64,000 nt of DNA from contig CM000155.2 in the NCBI GenBank assembly GCA_000004695.1, forward strand, positions 1,408,001-1,472,000, read 5' to 3'. How positions within the stretch are numbered: the stretch's first letter is position 1; each line of letters begins with the position of its first letter. Of this stretch, positions 1 through 13,897 are shown piece after piece. The notes beneath the pieces were generated by a model. It saw only the letters and a program-made list of their open reading frames with translations. It made no database searches and was not told where the DNA came from. Source of the stretch: Dictyostelium discoideum. Its lineage: Eukaryota. The position numbers and the translations under genes were made by a program.

Positions 1-3000
1 TACGATAACAGTAATAATAAAAACAATAATAACAACTACAACAACAACAATAATATGTTAAAAAATTTAGATTTTAATAGTAACGATCACTCTAAATTGG
101 ATAATATTTTATTAAGCGAAAAATCAATCGAAAGACACAGAAATCCATTATCATCTTCTATTTCATCAGCACCAAAACCATTGGATTTTGATAGTGATGA
201 AGATATAACAGAAGAATATTATAAAAAAATGTTAGCTAATCATGCAAGATCAAAGAAATCTAAAAAAGAAACTGATGTAAGTTTTTTTATTTTTTATTTA
301 TTTTATAAAAAATAAATATTAATAGTTTTTTTTAATTCATTTTAGAAAATATTTAGAGAATTGGAACTATCTGATGATGATGTTTTTGATGAAAAGAATG
401 ATAGAAAACAATTAAAAATGATGAAAAGGTTAATGGATAGAGAGGATAATGATAGAAGAGTAAAAAAGAAAATGGTTGATCCAAAATATAATAGTAGTAG
501 TAGTAGATCAAAAGATAGATATGGAAGTAGTAGTAGTAGTAAATCATCAAAATATAATTCATCCTCATCATCATCATCTTCAAGATCAAAAGATAATAAG
601 TATATAAGACCATCAATTTTCTCAAGTGATGATGATTTTTCAAAGGATGAAGATGATGAAGAATTTGAAAGACTATGGAAAGATAGAAAGAAAAAGAAAT
701 CAAGTAATGGACCAAGTTTGTCAAATTCATATTCTGGTATTAAAACAGATCAATATAATCAACAACAACAATATAATCAACAACAACAACAATATCAATC
801 ACAAAATCAACAACAACACCAACAACAACAACAACAAATTATTACAAATCAATCAATTTTAGAAAAACTTGATTGGTATAAAGAAATTGATTCAAAATTT
901 TCATCAAATTGGATGAAAATTATAAAAAAAGATTTACCAAAAGCTTGTAAAAAGTATTCAGATATTCATATGAATGGTATTGCCAATTGTAAAAAAATAG
1001 CTCAAATGATGAAACGAGAATTAAAGATAAAGAACCAAAAGCCACCAAAAGCAACCAAAGATAATCAAATACGTGCAAAGAAATTGGTAAAGGAAATGGG
1101 TGCCTATTGGAGAAAGTTTGATAAAGATGAGAGAGAAGCTAAAAGAAGAGCAGAGAAAGAGGAAGCAAATCAAAGAAAACGTGAAGAAGAAGTACAAGAA
1201 GCAAAGAGACAACAAAGAAAACTTAATTTCCTTATCTCACAAACTGAACTCTATAGCCATTTCATGAGTAAAAAATTGGATGATCCATCAAGTGGCGATG
1301 CCACTCCCGCTACTATTGGTTCATTAATGAATGGATCACAAATGCCAACTGAACAGAATAAAAAAATCAAAGAAAAGAATGATCAAGACGACAATGAATC
1401 ATCATCTGAGGAAGAAGAGGAATCATCTGATGATGAGGGTAAAACTGAACAAGAAAAGAAAGAAGAAGAGGAATTAAAATCTGAAGCACTCAAAAAGACT
1501 CAAAAAGCAATTGAATTACAACTTTTAAAGACTAAAACCTTTGACAGAGATGTAAATAAAATTAAAAACTCTGCAACTGAAGGAGGCGGTGAAACTATAC
1601 CAGAATCATTGGCTGTAAGTGATAAAATGATGGTAGATGGTTTACCAATGATTGATATGAATTCAAGTATTCCACCTGGATTTAGTACAGCTGATACATT
1701 GAAACAACCAACCATTTTAAATGCAGATTTAAAACCATATCAATTAAAAGGTATGACATGGATCGTAAATCTTTATGATCAAGGTATCAATGGTATATTG
1801 GCAGATGAAATGGGTTTGGGTAAAACCATTCAATCGATTGCAGTCCTAGCTCATTTGGCAGAGGAAAAGAATATTTGGGGACCATTTTTAATTGTTACAC
1901 CAAAATCAACACTTCACAATTGGAAGAATGAATTTGCAAAGTTTGTACCAGCATTCAAGGTAATTCCTTATTGGGGTACACAACAACAACGTACTACCAT
2001 TAGAAAATATTGGAATCCAAAGAAATTGTATCATAGAAATTCACCATTCCACGTTTTAATCACATCGTACAATGTGATAGTACGTGATGAAAAGTATTTC
2101 CATAGATTACGTTGGCAATATATGGTATTGGATGAAGCTCATGCTATCAAGAGTTCAGCAAGTAATCGTTGGAAAACTCTAATGAGTTTTAATTGTAGAA
2201 ATAGACTCTTACTCACTGGTACACCCATTCAAAATAGTATGGCTGAACTTTGGGCTTTACTTCATTTCATTATGCCAACATTCTTTGATTCTCATGATGA
2301 ATTTGCAGAGTGGTTCTCAAAGGATATCGAAAATCATGCTATGTCACAAGGTGGTTTGAATGAACATCAACTCAATCGTCTTCATATGATTTTGAAACCA
2401 TTCATGTTGAGAAGAATTAAAAGAGATGTAGAGAATGAAATGCCATCAAAAACAGAGGTTGAAGTCTATTGTAACCTTACTCATCGTCAAAAGAAACTCT
2501 ATCAAAGTATTCGTTCAAATATTTCAATCACCGAGTTATTGGGTGGTGCTTCCTTTAGTGAACAAGGTTCAATGAAAGCATTGATGAATTTCGTTATGCA
2601 ATTTAGAAAGGTTTGTAATCATCCTGAAACCTTTAAAAGAAGTGAATGCGAATCACCTTTCCTCTTTCAAGTTCAAACTATGGAACCTCAAAATACTACT
2701 TCACCACAATGTCCAAATCATTTAAAAACTGTAAGATCAATTAATAATAATCCAATTCAAGTCGTAATTCCAAAGTTAATCTTTAGAGAAGCTTGGAATC
2801 CTTTAAATTCAACAGATTCTGATCAAATTAGAACTAGAACAATTGATCGTTTCAATATATTTAAAGCAAATAATATTTCAAATAATAGTAGTGGTAATGA
2901 TACTTTTTCATTTAGTAGATTCATAAATTTAGAACCAGGTGAATTAAATAAATTATCAAGTGAATTAAATTTATTAGATTTTTATCTATTGAATCAAGCA

Positions 3001-4714
3001 ACTGAAAATGAAGTTTATCCAGTTTTCAATCATTTATTGGATAGTGATTCATTTGATCAACCACTTTCAAATAATATGAAATCAATGTTATTGGAACCAA
3101 CTTTCTCAAATGTATTAAATGAAGATCGTTTAAATAATGGTTTATTTAATGTAAAGGATTTAGTTATTGGTGGAAATGAACGTTATCAAATTAATCAATC
3201 AGTCATTCAATATGTTTATACATTATATCCAAAAGTTACAGCTGCACCAATTGATGCTATGGTATCGGATAAATCTTTCTATATTGAAAAATCAACTCAA
3301 CAATTGAATTCTTCAATGGATTGTAAAGAGATTTCATTGGTTAAATTAACAATGAATGGTTTAATTACTAATGAAACTACCAAGGAATTAAGTGAATCAT
3401 TACCAACTGTTTTACCTCCTTCATCAAATCAAATCGTATTGGATAATCTAAAAGAGAATGGTGGTTTAATGGGTGGTTTAAATCGTTTATTCGGTTCAAC
3501 TTCAATTTGGATGCCTTCATTCTCAAAATCTTTGAATGATAGTGGTAAACTTCAAGTATTGGATAAGCTTTTAAAGGATTTGAAAGTTGGTGGTCATAGA
3601 GTACTTATCTATTCTCAATTCACAAAGATGATCAACATTTTAGAAGATTTCATGATCTTTAGAAAATATAAATACCTTCGTCTTGATGGTTCTTCAAAAT
3701 TGGATGATCGTAGAGATATGGTAGATGATTTCCAATCGGATCCTTCCATTTTCGCCTTCCTCCTATCAACTAGAGCTTGTGGTATCGGTATCAATTTAAC
3801 ATCTGCTGATACCGTTATCTTTTACGATAGTGATTGGAATCCAACTGTTGACGAACAAGCCCAAGATAGAGCTCATAGACTTGGTCAAACTAGACCTGTC
3901 ACTGTTTATAGATTAATTACAAAAAATACCATTGAAGAAAAGATTTTAAAACGTGCAAAACAAAAACATCAAATTCAAAGTATTGTTATTGCTGGTGGTA
4001 AATTTGAATCAAATCCTGAAGAATTAGATCAAGTTGGTGAAAATGAAGCAATTTCTTTCTTATTAGATGATGATGAATTAGAAGAAAGATGTAATTATTT
4101 TTAATATTTTTTTTTTTTTTTTTATCTTTATTCTAATAATAATTTTTTTTTTTTTTCACTTTTAATTAGTTAAAAATCAAATTGATCCAGCAACAGGTAA
4201 AAAAAGAAAACAACCAGAACCTGAAGTACCATCAATTGCTGATAAACCATTTTCACCAAATGATATCCCAACAACCAAACCAGTTAATAAAGGTAGACCA
4301 CCAAAAGAACAATCAAAAGAACCAAAAGTACCAAAGAAGAAAGGTCCAAAACCAGGTTATAAGAGAATAAAAACAGAAGCAGGTGGTGGTGGTGGTGGTG
4401 ATGGTGGTGGTGATACTTCAACTGCCTCAACTACAACAACTGCAACTACAACCTCTTCAACTACATCTTCAACTAATGATCCATCTTCAACTTCAACTTC
4501 ACCAACAACATCACCACCACCAACAGGTGTTAAACCAACAAAAGCAGCTAAAGTTCCTGGAAAACCTGGTAGACCATCAGGAAAACCAAAAGGTTATTAT
4601 AAAAAAGCTCCTGCAACTCCAACACCTTCAAATACAACTTTATCAACACCTTCCACCTCACCAACAATGGTAACAACTGCACCAATTGGTAGTGCAAATA
4701 CATCTCCAAAATAA
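1..4714 (+). CDS. ino80: INO80-type SNF2-family chromatin-remodelling ATPase; the 5' end lies upstream of the window. Proposed exons: 1..276, 346..4090 and 4170..4714 (stop TAA at 4712-4714).
   Basis: The open frame runs from nt 1 and exon 1 ends at GTAAGT (277). ORF 361..4104 encodes a DBINO-like motif (KKLVKEMGAYWRKFDKDEREAKRR...RKLNFLISQTELYSHFM), SNF2_N motifs (LKPYQLKGMTWIVNLYDQGINGILADEMGLGKTIQ, DEAH box MVLDEAHAIK), the long insertion between ATPase lobes typical of INO80, and Helicase_C (LLSTRACGIGINLTSADTVIFYDSDWNPTVDEQAQDRAHRLGQTRPVTVYRLI). A third exon follows intron 4091..4169 (GTAATT...TTAATTAG) in frame: it has no ATG, so the ORF track missed it. It encodes KNQIDPATGKKRKQPEPE...KGRPPKEQ...PGRPSGKPKG, which looks like AT-hook GRP motifs. 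Confidence 0.88.
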
Positions 4715-4889
4715 AAAGAAAAAAAAAAAACAAATAATAATAATTTTTACCAAAAAAAAAAAAGAATTAAAAAGAAAAAGATGATTTTATTATAATAAAT
4801 ATTTAATTATAAATTATTAATAATTTATATACTTTTTTTATATATTAAAAAAAAAAAAAAAAAAATAATATTATATATATTTATTTAAT

Positions 4890-5984
4890 TTATTTATTAA
4901 TCATTTGTTTTGATAATTCATGAACAGCTTTAACATAAGATTCTGGACCTTCAATTGGATGAGTTGGATGCATACCATGACCTAAATTTGCAATTAAACG
5001 TTTAGTAGTACCAAATGATTGTAACATTTTTTGAGTTTGATCTCTAATTACTTGATCACCACAATATAAAACACATGGATCTAAATTACCTTGAAGTGAA
5101 ACTCTATCAGCAACCATTTCTCTAGCAACAGATGGTTCAATTGTCCAATCGATACCTAAAACATCGTAAGCACCACTTTTTGAGAGATCTTCTAAAGCAA
5201 AGTTTGAACCTTTTGCAAAACAAATTAAAGGAATCTCTGGATGAACTGCTTTAACTTCTTTACCAATTTGAACTAAATAAGGTAAACAATACTCTTTAAA
5301 CATTGCTGGACTTAATTCATTTGACCATGAATCAAAGATTTGTAATGCTTGTGCACCAGCTTTAATTTGACCTAAAAGATAATCAATACAAACACGAGTT
5401 AACATTGATAAGAATTTATGTGACTCTGCTGGGTGTTTGTATAACCATGATTTTGAATTTGACATGGTTGTGCCACCGCTACCCTCAATGCAGTAGGTCA
5501 TCAATGTCCATGGTGCGCCTGTGAATCCAATCAATGGTACACGACCTTCTAAACGTTTACGAGTTAATGTTAATGCATCGAATACGTATCCCAACTCTTT
5601 ATTTACATCTACTGGGAATTGTACCCTTGATAGGTCTTCAATGGTTCTGATTGGGTTTGGAAAGAATGGTCCTTTGCCTGGAATCATTTGAACTTCAATT
5701 CCCATTGCTTGTGGTACCACTAAAATATCACTAAATATAATTGCTGCATCCAATGGAAATCTATCCAATGGTTGTAAGGTTACTTTACATGCTAATTCCG
5801 GTGTTCTGCATACTGAAAAGAAATCAACATCTGCTCTAACACTCTTAAACTCTGGTAAATATCTTCCTGCTTGTCTCATAATCCAAACTGGAACATAAGG
5901 TACTTCCTCACCTCTGCATGCTTTTAAAAATGTATCATTTTTTAATTCTGGAAATTCATTTTTATTTATATTTTCTTCTGACAT
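4890..5984 (-). CDS. hemE: uroporphyrinogen decarboxylase (haem biosynthesis), single exon, 364 aa
   Basis: A complete ORF carrying the URO-D signature VWIMRQAGRYLPEFKSV plus downstream family motifs (PLIGFTGAPWTLMTYCIEG, GHGMHPTHP). It is convergent with ino80, with about 175 bp between the two stop codons. Confidence 0.93.
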   Translation of the reverse strand: MSEENINKNEFPELKNDTFLKACRGEEVPYVPVWIMRQAGRYLPEFKSVRADVDFFSVCRTPELACKVTLQPLDRFPLDAAIIFSDILVVPQAMGIEVQMIPGKGPFFPNPIRTIEDLSRVQFPVDVNKELGYVFDALTLTRKRLEGRVPLIGFTGAPWTLMTYCIEGSGGTTMSNSKSWLYKHPAESHKFLSMLTRVCIDYLLGQIKAGAQALQIFDSWSNELSPAMFKEYCLPYLVQIGKEVKAVHPEIPLICFAKGSNFALEDLSKSGAYDVLGIDWTIEPSVAREMVADRVSLQGNLDPCVLYCGDQVIRDQTQKMLQSFGTTKRLIANLGHGMHPTHPIEGPESYVKAVHELSKQMINK

Positions 5985-6455
5985 TTTCTAATTTTCTAAT
6001 TTTCTAATTTTTTTTATTTTTTTTAAAATATGAAAAATTGTAAATAAAAAAAAAAAAAAAAATAAAAAAAAGATTAAGGTGGCAAGTATTTTTTTGATCA
6101 AAATTAATTTTTACAAAAAGATTTCATTAAAAAAAAAAAATAAAAAAATAAAAAAAAAAATATTTTATTTTTTTTTTCATTTTTTTATTTTTTTGTGTAT
6201 GGTTAAATTTTATTTATTTTTAATATGAATTTAGTATAAATAAATAGAGTACTCAAAAATACACAATATGATATAAAATATAAAAAAAATGAATGTAACC
6301 ATTCATTGTTTTTTTTTTTTTTTATTTAAAAAGTCAAATTAAAATGTTTTTATAAAATTTATAAAATAAAAAAAAAAAAAATAAAAATAAAAATAGAAAA
6401 TAAAACCGAGTTAAAAAATAAAGTAAAAAAAGTCAATCTAAATTACACCCTTATT

Positions 6456-6492
<37 letters not shown>

Positions 6493-6791
6493 ATTGAGTT
6501 ATTAATTTTATTAAATCCCAACACAAGAATATCATATTTTTTTTTTTTATAGTTTTTAATAACTTATTTAAATTGTACAAGGCATTGCTGTTTAAATTTT
6601 TTTATTTTTTTTATTTTTTTATTTCTTAATTTCTTGGAATTCCCAAAACAAATTTAAATTATTTTTTTTATTTTTTGTTTTTTATTTTTTATTTTTTATT
6701 TTTTTTTTTACTTTTTTTTTATTTTTTTTTTTTTTTTTTTATTTTTTACAACGAACTCTTTATACATAATTTATTAGTAATATTAAAAATA

Positions 6792-7860
6792 ATGGACTAT
6801 GACGATATTGAATGGGAAGAATCTAATAATGATAATTCTACCACAACAACTACAACAACAACCACCACAGCTTCGCCAAGATTCGATGAAAGTATAAATA
6901 ATGAATTTGACGATGAAGATAAAGAAGAAGAAGGAGATATAAATAATAGTTTAGACACTGACGAAGAAATTGGTGAAAATCAAGACGATGCTGGAGATGC
7001 TGAAGATGCAATGTAAGTATTATCTAATTTATTATATATATATTATGAAATAAATAATTGAATAAATAATAATATAAACTAACAATAAATAAATAAAAAT
7101 AGTGAATTTGAAATTGATACCAATGAATTCAAATCCAAAGAAAATGGTAAAAAAAAAAGAATTGTTAAAAAAGTAGACCTAAAAGAAAAACATAATTGTT
7201 TATACCTTCATAGAACTGTTTTAACTTGTTATTTGGCAAATTTTAAATATACTATAAATGTTTTATCAAATCAATATTTAATTTCAATTATTTCATCATT
7301 TATTCCAAAAGATTTAATTAATTTATATTCCAATAATTATAAAATCATATCTGAAATAAAACAAATTCCAACTGTTGATTCAACACCCCAAAAATCAAGA
7401 TCAAGATCAAAATCAAAACTTGATAATACTACCACTACCACTACTACTACCACCACAACCACTACTTCCAATACAACCAATAAAAAACCACCAATTCCAT
7501 TTATGACATGTATAGATGAAATTATTAAATGGTTCTTTTCTTATTTTAAAATTGATGAAATGGCTGATAATTTAAATTCAAATAATACAGATAAAAATAA
7601 TAAAAATAATACGAATAATAAGAATAAAAAACAAACTAGAGAAGTTATTAATTTGGATGATGATAATGAAAATACAGAAGAAAGAAAAAAGGAGAAAAAA
7701 TTTGAACCAATAAGAAATGTTTGTTTTATTTATTAATTTATATATTATTATAAATATTAATATTAATATTAATATTAATATTAATATTAAATAATAATAC
7801 TAAAACCTTTTTTTTTTTTCCAATTTTTTTTTTTTCCAATTTTTTTTTTTCCATTTTCTT

Positions 7861-7895
<35 letters not shown>

Positions 7896-9980
7896 TATTT
7901 AAAATAATTTTAGAGTTTATTATACTATCAATTAATTACACAAACTAAAGAAAGGAAAGTAACAAAAAAGATATTTGTTGAATTATTTTATATGGTTTGT
8001 TTAATTTTGGGTTACAAATGCCGTATAATTAGACCATTGTCAACACCACCACCAGTACCTGTAACACCAAGTAAATTGAAAAGAATTGCAAGTTCATCCT
8101 CACCACAAGCATTTTCAAGATCAAAAGCAAAATCATCACCTTCTGTTATAAGATTAAACTATAATATTGATGATGATAACGGTAATACTAATAATAATGA
8201 AACAAAAGTTAAGAAATCAAAATCACCATCAAAAACTAAAACTTCTGCAACATCATCAACTAAAAAGAAAATAGATGATGTGATTTCTTCAAAAGATAAA
8301 AAAAATAAAGAAAAAAAAGAAAAAGAAAAAGAGATAGAAAGGGAAAAAGAAAAAGAAAAAGACAAAAAGAAATCAAAAAAGAAATCACAATTTAGTTTTG
8401 ATAGTACTGACTCAGAGGATGAAGAGGAAGAGGAAGAAGAAGAAGAAGAAGAATTGATTATTAGTAAACCAATTACAAGTAGACAAAAATCAATTCAAGC
8501 TAATCAATTTAAAAATACAGTTTTAAATTCAAAGATTTCAAAGAAAACTGAAACTACAATGTCAAAAAAAAGAAAAACTAATTCTTCATTATCAAGTAAA
8601 AATAAAAAGAAAAATAATAGTGATAGTGAAAATGATACTGATAATGAAAGAGATAGTGGTAGTGATAATGATGATGCTGGTGATAAAAACAATAATAAAA
8701 GTGATCAAGAAAAAGATAATTCAAGTAGTGATTCAGATTATAAAGATAGTAAAAAGAAATTAAAAAGATCATCATCTGAACCAATTAAAAGATCAAGATT
8801 ATCAAATTTAGATGATAAAGAATCAAAAACAACTACAACAACAACAACAAATACATTATCAAATAATGAAAAAGTTGAAATTGAAAGTTGGATTGAGGTA
8901 TTTGATCATGAAAAAAAGAAATGGATTTCAATTGATTTAATTAATAAAGAAATTGATAAACCACTAAATTTTGAAAAGATATTAGATCCATTTTCATATG
9001 TTGTTGCCATTTCAAAGTATCAAATAAAGGATGTAACATCAAGATATACAAATAATTATATTGGATCATCATTAAAGAGATTACCAATTGCACAAATTAA
9101 ATGGTGGTTACAATTAGTTGGTGATGCTATTAATAATCCAACAGAGGTTGAAAATGATAATGAACCAGTATCGAAATTTATATTAGATTCAAAAAAGATC
9201 ATCTCTGTCAATATTGATCTATTAAATAATTTATCAATTGATGAGAGGAAATCAATTGAAGAGATTGATGTATATGAAAAACAAGAATTAATAATAAAAG
9301 AGAGTAAATTACCATTTCCAAGTAGTTTTGCACAATTTAAATCTCATCCAATTTTCGTATTGGAGAAAGATATCGCAAAATATTGTTCACCTGATCCTTC
9401 ATCGAAACCATTGGGTTTATTTAATGAAACTCATAAAATTTATCATAAAGACCAAATCAAGGTTTTACATACGTCAGATAAATGGGTCCAAAATGGTAGA
9501 ATGGTAATTGAGGGTCAACAACCATTGAAAATCGTTAAAGGTAGATCAAAATCAAATCCAACCTCAATGTTATTTGGTGAATGGCAAACTAAACTCTTTG
9601 AACCTGCTGTCATTGGTAAGGATGGTATTGTTCCAACCAATTCATTTGGTAATGTTTATTTATTCAATTCTTCAATGTGTCCAATTAATGGCGTTCATCT
9701 AAGAGGTAAAGGTTTAATTAGGGTTGCAAAGAAATTAGGTATCAATTTTGCACCCGCACTAACTGGTTGGGAAAATGGTCCAAAATCCTCTTATCCAATC
9801 ATTGATGGTGTAGTTGTTGCAAAGAAATTCTCAAAGAAACTTTTGGATACTTGGTTATCGGAATCAAGTAGTAGAGCTGAAGCTGAATTACAAAAGAAAA
9901 ATGATGAAATTAAAGCTCGTTGGAAACGTTTCATGAAAAAATTATTAATTAAAAATTATATTGAAAAAACTTATAAATAA
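6792..9980 (+). CDS. xpc: XPC/Rad4 nucleotide-excision-repair protein homologue. Proposed exons: 6792..7012, 7103..7718 and 7914..9980.
   Basis: Exon 1 (MDYDDIEWEE..., acidic/Thr-rich) ends at GTAAGT (7013). Exon 2 holds the Rad4 transglutaminase-like core (HNCLYLHRTVLTCYLANFKYTINVLSNQYLISIISSFIPKDL; compare human XPC RVAFHRLHLLCLLAHGF..). Exon 3 reads ELFYMVCLILGYKCRIIRPL (human [21 protein letters not shown]), followed by a lysine/acidic linker. The C-terminal beta-hairpin domains BHD1-3 (HPIFVLEKDIAKY..., LHTSDKWVQNGRMV..KIVKG, EWQTKLFEPAVIGKDGIVPTNSFGNVYLFNSSMCPINGVHL, NFAPALTGWENG..PIIDGVVVAKKF) align closely with human XPC. The exon 2/3 junction is the least certain: I chose donor GTTTGT at 7719 and acceptor TTTTAG at 7913; an alternative is donor 7723 with acceptor 7959. 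Confidence 0.82.
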
Positions 9981-9986
9981 AATTAA

Positions 9987-10018
<32 letters not shown>

Positions 10019-10123
10019 TAAAAAATGAAATAAATAAAAAATATACAAATTAATTTCTGATTCCAAATTTAAAAATCTCATACCTTGAATAAAATTAAAA
10101 TAAAAATGAAAATCTTTTTTTAG

Positions 10124-10162
<39 letters not shown>

Positions 10163-10862
10163 AACAAGAAATAAAATATTTTATATTATTTTATTTTATT
10201 TTGTTTTATTTTATTTTATTTTTTATTTTTATTTTTGATAAGTTTTGATTCATTTTGGGTTTGTTTGAAAAAAAAAAAATCAGAAATTGATTTTTTTTTT
10301 TTTTAAAAATTTTTTGATTTTTTTTTTTTAAAAAATTTTATTTTTATTTTTATTTATTTTTTTTTTTTTTTTTTTTTTTTTTGATTTTTTCTTTTTTTTT
10401 TTTTTTTTTTTTTGTTATTATTAGAATTGTTGTATTTTTATAGAATTAAAAAAAAAAGGTAGGTTTCAGCGGATACTTTAAGAAAACAACTTTGTATTAT
10501 TTTTTTAAATTTTTTTTTTTTTTTTTTTTTAATAATAAAAAACAAATAAAATAAAAAATAAAAAAATAGTGATGTATCAAAAAACACACTTTATTTATAA
10601 TTTTTTTTTTTTTTTTTTATAAAAAAAATAATTTTGTTTTAATTTTTTTTTTTTTTTTTTTTTTTTTATATTATTTTTTGTTTTTTGTTTTATACCACCC
10701 CAAATAAAATTGTATTAAATATCAAATAAAACTTTTACAAATATTGAAAATATAGGAATATCAATTTTTTTTTTTTTAAGATTCTATTTATTTAATTTTT
10801 TTTCATTTCAATAATAGTAAGTAAATGTGCGGAACACAATCAGATTTATAAATATCATGGAA

Positions 10863-10893
<31 letters not shown>

Positions 10894-11156
10894 TTTATTA
10901 AAAACAATTATTTTATTTTATTTTTTTGTTTTGTTTTACTTTTTTTTTTTTTTTTTTTTTATTATGGACCACACAACCACTCTTTTCATTAAAAAAATAA
11001 TAATATTACTCTTATCACTCATCATCAAAAAGTAAATAATTATTTATATTAAAAAATAAATCAATTTATAAATAACCTTATAACAATAAATCAATATTTC
11101 ATTTCGATTATAATAAATCACCTCTTTTAGAACAACGTCAGTAACAAAAAAAAAAA

Positions 11157-11192
<36 letters not shown>

Positions 11193-11289
11193 ATTTTTTC
11201 ACAAAAATTTATAAAAAGAGCGTTTTGATAAAACATAAAATATCATATCATATCTTTTAGGAGTTACCCTATAAATTTATAAATTACAT

Positions 11290-11343
<54 letters not shown>

Positions 11344-11709
11344 AATAGTAATAATAATACAACTAATAATATAAATAATTAGTATTTAATAATATTATAA
11401 AGCAAAATAATTTGTTATTGTAGTAGTAAAGGTAACAATAGTTTTATGTCAATTTTATTTTCTTTTATTTATTTTTTTTTTTTTCTTTTTGATTACACCT
11501 CCATATTTATACATACAGATTAATATGTCAACCTCACAAATTAATTGGTATTTTTTTTTTTTTTTTTTTTTATGTATTTTTCTTTTTCTTTTTTTTTTTT
11601 CTCTCTCTTTTTTAACTGCGTACATAAATTTGTTTGTGTGGTGTGTTTAAAAAAAAAAAAGAGGAGAAAAAAATCATGTGCTTTTTAATGTGTGTGTGTT
11701 AGTGTGTTG

Positions 11710-11759
<50 letters not shown>

Positions 11760-12213
11760 GTTGTTTATTGGAGGAGGTAAAAATGAAAAATAACTTTTAC
11801 ATTTTGGGAAATAAATTAAAAATTTAATTTTTTAAAAAAAAAAAAAAAAAAAAACCCATTTTTTTGGCCATATTTATATTATTATATTATATTTATTAAT
11901 TTTATTTTTTTACTAAATATTTTTTTTTTAATTTTTTTTTTTTTATTTATTGAAAAAAAAAGATTAGAAAAAAAAAAAAAACAGTAAGAGGAAATTTTTT
12001 TTTTTAAAAAAAAAAAAAGTAGCACACAATAGACAATCAATACAAAAACAATTATTAGAAGTAGGAAATAATTTAACTATCAATATACTTTATAGTATAT
12101 TTATATATTTTATAACTACAGGAATCCAATTTTTTTTTTTTTTTTATTAAAATCCCAAGTATTCCTTTTCAAAAAATAGGAAGAAAGTTTTTTTATTTAC
12201 CTACAACTAAAAA

Positions 12214-13897
12214 ATGGTAATTATTCATTTTTGTTTTTATTATTTTTTTTTTTTTAGTATTAAAAAAAAAATAATAATAACAATTTTTATTTATTTTTAT
12301 TTTTTTTTTTTTTATATTTATAACTAAAAAGCAAAATATTGGATTTGCAGCAGGAAGTCTAATTAAAGGAAGATGGACTGTAGTAAAAAAGATTGGACAA
12401 GGAGCATTTGGTGAGATTTTTTCGGGTAAGAATATTATAAATAATGAGCAAATTGCTATTAAAGTAGAAAAAGTCGACACAAAAAAGCAGGTATTAAGAT
12501 TGGAAGTTGCAGTTTTAAAGAAATTACAATTGTGTCCATATGTATGTAGATTCATAACATGTGGTAGACACAACGATTATAATTATATGGTTATGGAATT
12601 ATTGGGTGAAAATCTTTCAGAACTTAGACGTAAACAATTGGATGGTAAATTTTCATTAGGTTCAACACTTAAATTGGGTGTACAAATGATTCAATCATTA
12701 CAAGCTGTTCATGATCTTGGTTATTTACATAGAGATGTTAAACCAGTAAGTTTTTTTTTAAAAAAAAAAAAAAAAAAATATTATTAAATTATTAATGATT
12801 AATTTAATTTTTTTTAATTTTTTTAGTCAAATTTTGCAATTGGATTAAATCCATCAAAAAGAAATATAACATATTTAATTGATTTTGGTTTAGCAAGAAG
12901 ATTTGTATTAGCATCAGGAGAAGTTAGACCTGCAAGAGAATCAACAGGTTTTAGAGGTACTGCTCGTTATGCATCAATCAATTCACATTTATCAAAGGAT
13001 TTAGGTAGACGTGATGATTTATGGTCAATTTTTTATGTATTAATTGAATTTGCAGAGGGTCAACTTCCATGGAGAAAATTGAAGGATAAGGATCAAATTG
13101 GTGAAATGAAACAAAAATACAATACACCTGATTTGGTCAAAGATTTACCACCACAATTCTCACAATTTATGAAACATTTGAAATCATTAAACTATGAAGA
13201 TAGACCAAATTATGTATTTTTACAAACACTTTTAAATGACTGTTACACTTCTTTGGGTTTAAGTGAATCCACTCCATTCGATTGGGAGGTTCAAACAAAT
13301 AGTGGTGCTTCTTCTTCCTCTTCAAATACTACTCAACAACAGCAACAACAACAGCAACAACAACAACAACGTAATTTAAATCAATCTGGTTTAAATAACA
13401 GTAGTGCTAGATTAATGGCATCACCTTCCACTATCGATGTTGAAGCAAGTGGTAAATCAACTCAATTAAATAATAGCAATAATAATAATAATAATAATAA
13501 CAAGGGATTGGGTGCTGAAAATGATTCATCACCACAACCTCAAATAATACGTAGAAATTCAGAAAGTAATTCACAAATTGCAAATTCTTCTGAAAGTGAT
13601 AATAAAGGTAGTGGTGGTGGTTCTTGGAATCAAAAGAGTTCATCACCACGTCATAAAGATAAAAATTTACAAGATGATGGAGGTGAAGGTAGTCAAAAAC
13701 ATTTGAAAGCTAGTAACAATAATAATATTAATAATAATAATAATAATTATAACAACAACAATAATAATAATAATAATAGTCATATGAATGGCAATGGTAG
13801 TAATAGTCAACCAATTGATAAAATAGAATTATCACACCAACAACAGAAATCTTCAACAACCAAGTGCTGTTCGACTTCAAAATGCAGTGTGATGTAG
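12214..13897 (+). CDS. tau-tubulin-kinase (TTBK)-like casein-kinase-1-family Ser/Thr kinase. Proposed exons: 12214..12216 (ATG only), 12332..12745 and 12827..13897.
   Basis: The ATG is immediately followed by GTAATT, the classic Dictyostelium exon consisting of the start codon alone, with acceptor AAAAAG (12331). Exon 2 encodes QNIGFAAGSLIKGRWTVVKKIGQGAFGEIF...IAIKVEKVDTKKQVLRLEVAVLKKLQ...HRDVKP and ends at GTAAGT (12746). Exon 3 encodes SNFAIGL...IDFGLARRF...GFRGTARYASINSHLSKDLGRRDDLWSIFYVLIEFAEGQLPWRKLKDKDQIGEMKQKY, which aligns almost residue for residue with the human TTBK1/2 kinase domain. The C-terminus is Asn/Gln-rich. Confidence 0.85.

Noticed and set aside
353-862. ORFs 353..730 (-) and 626..862 (+) rich in Y/I/N
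   Set aside because: These are alternative-frame or antisense readings of the ino80 poly-Ser/Gln coding region.
12193-12573. 126-aa minus-strand ORF
   Set aside because: It overlaps exon 2 of the TTBK-like kinase on the opposite strand. The product is low-complexity (poly-K/F) and has no homology: an antisense artefact.
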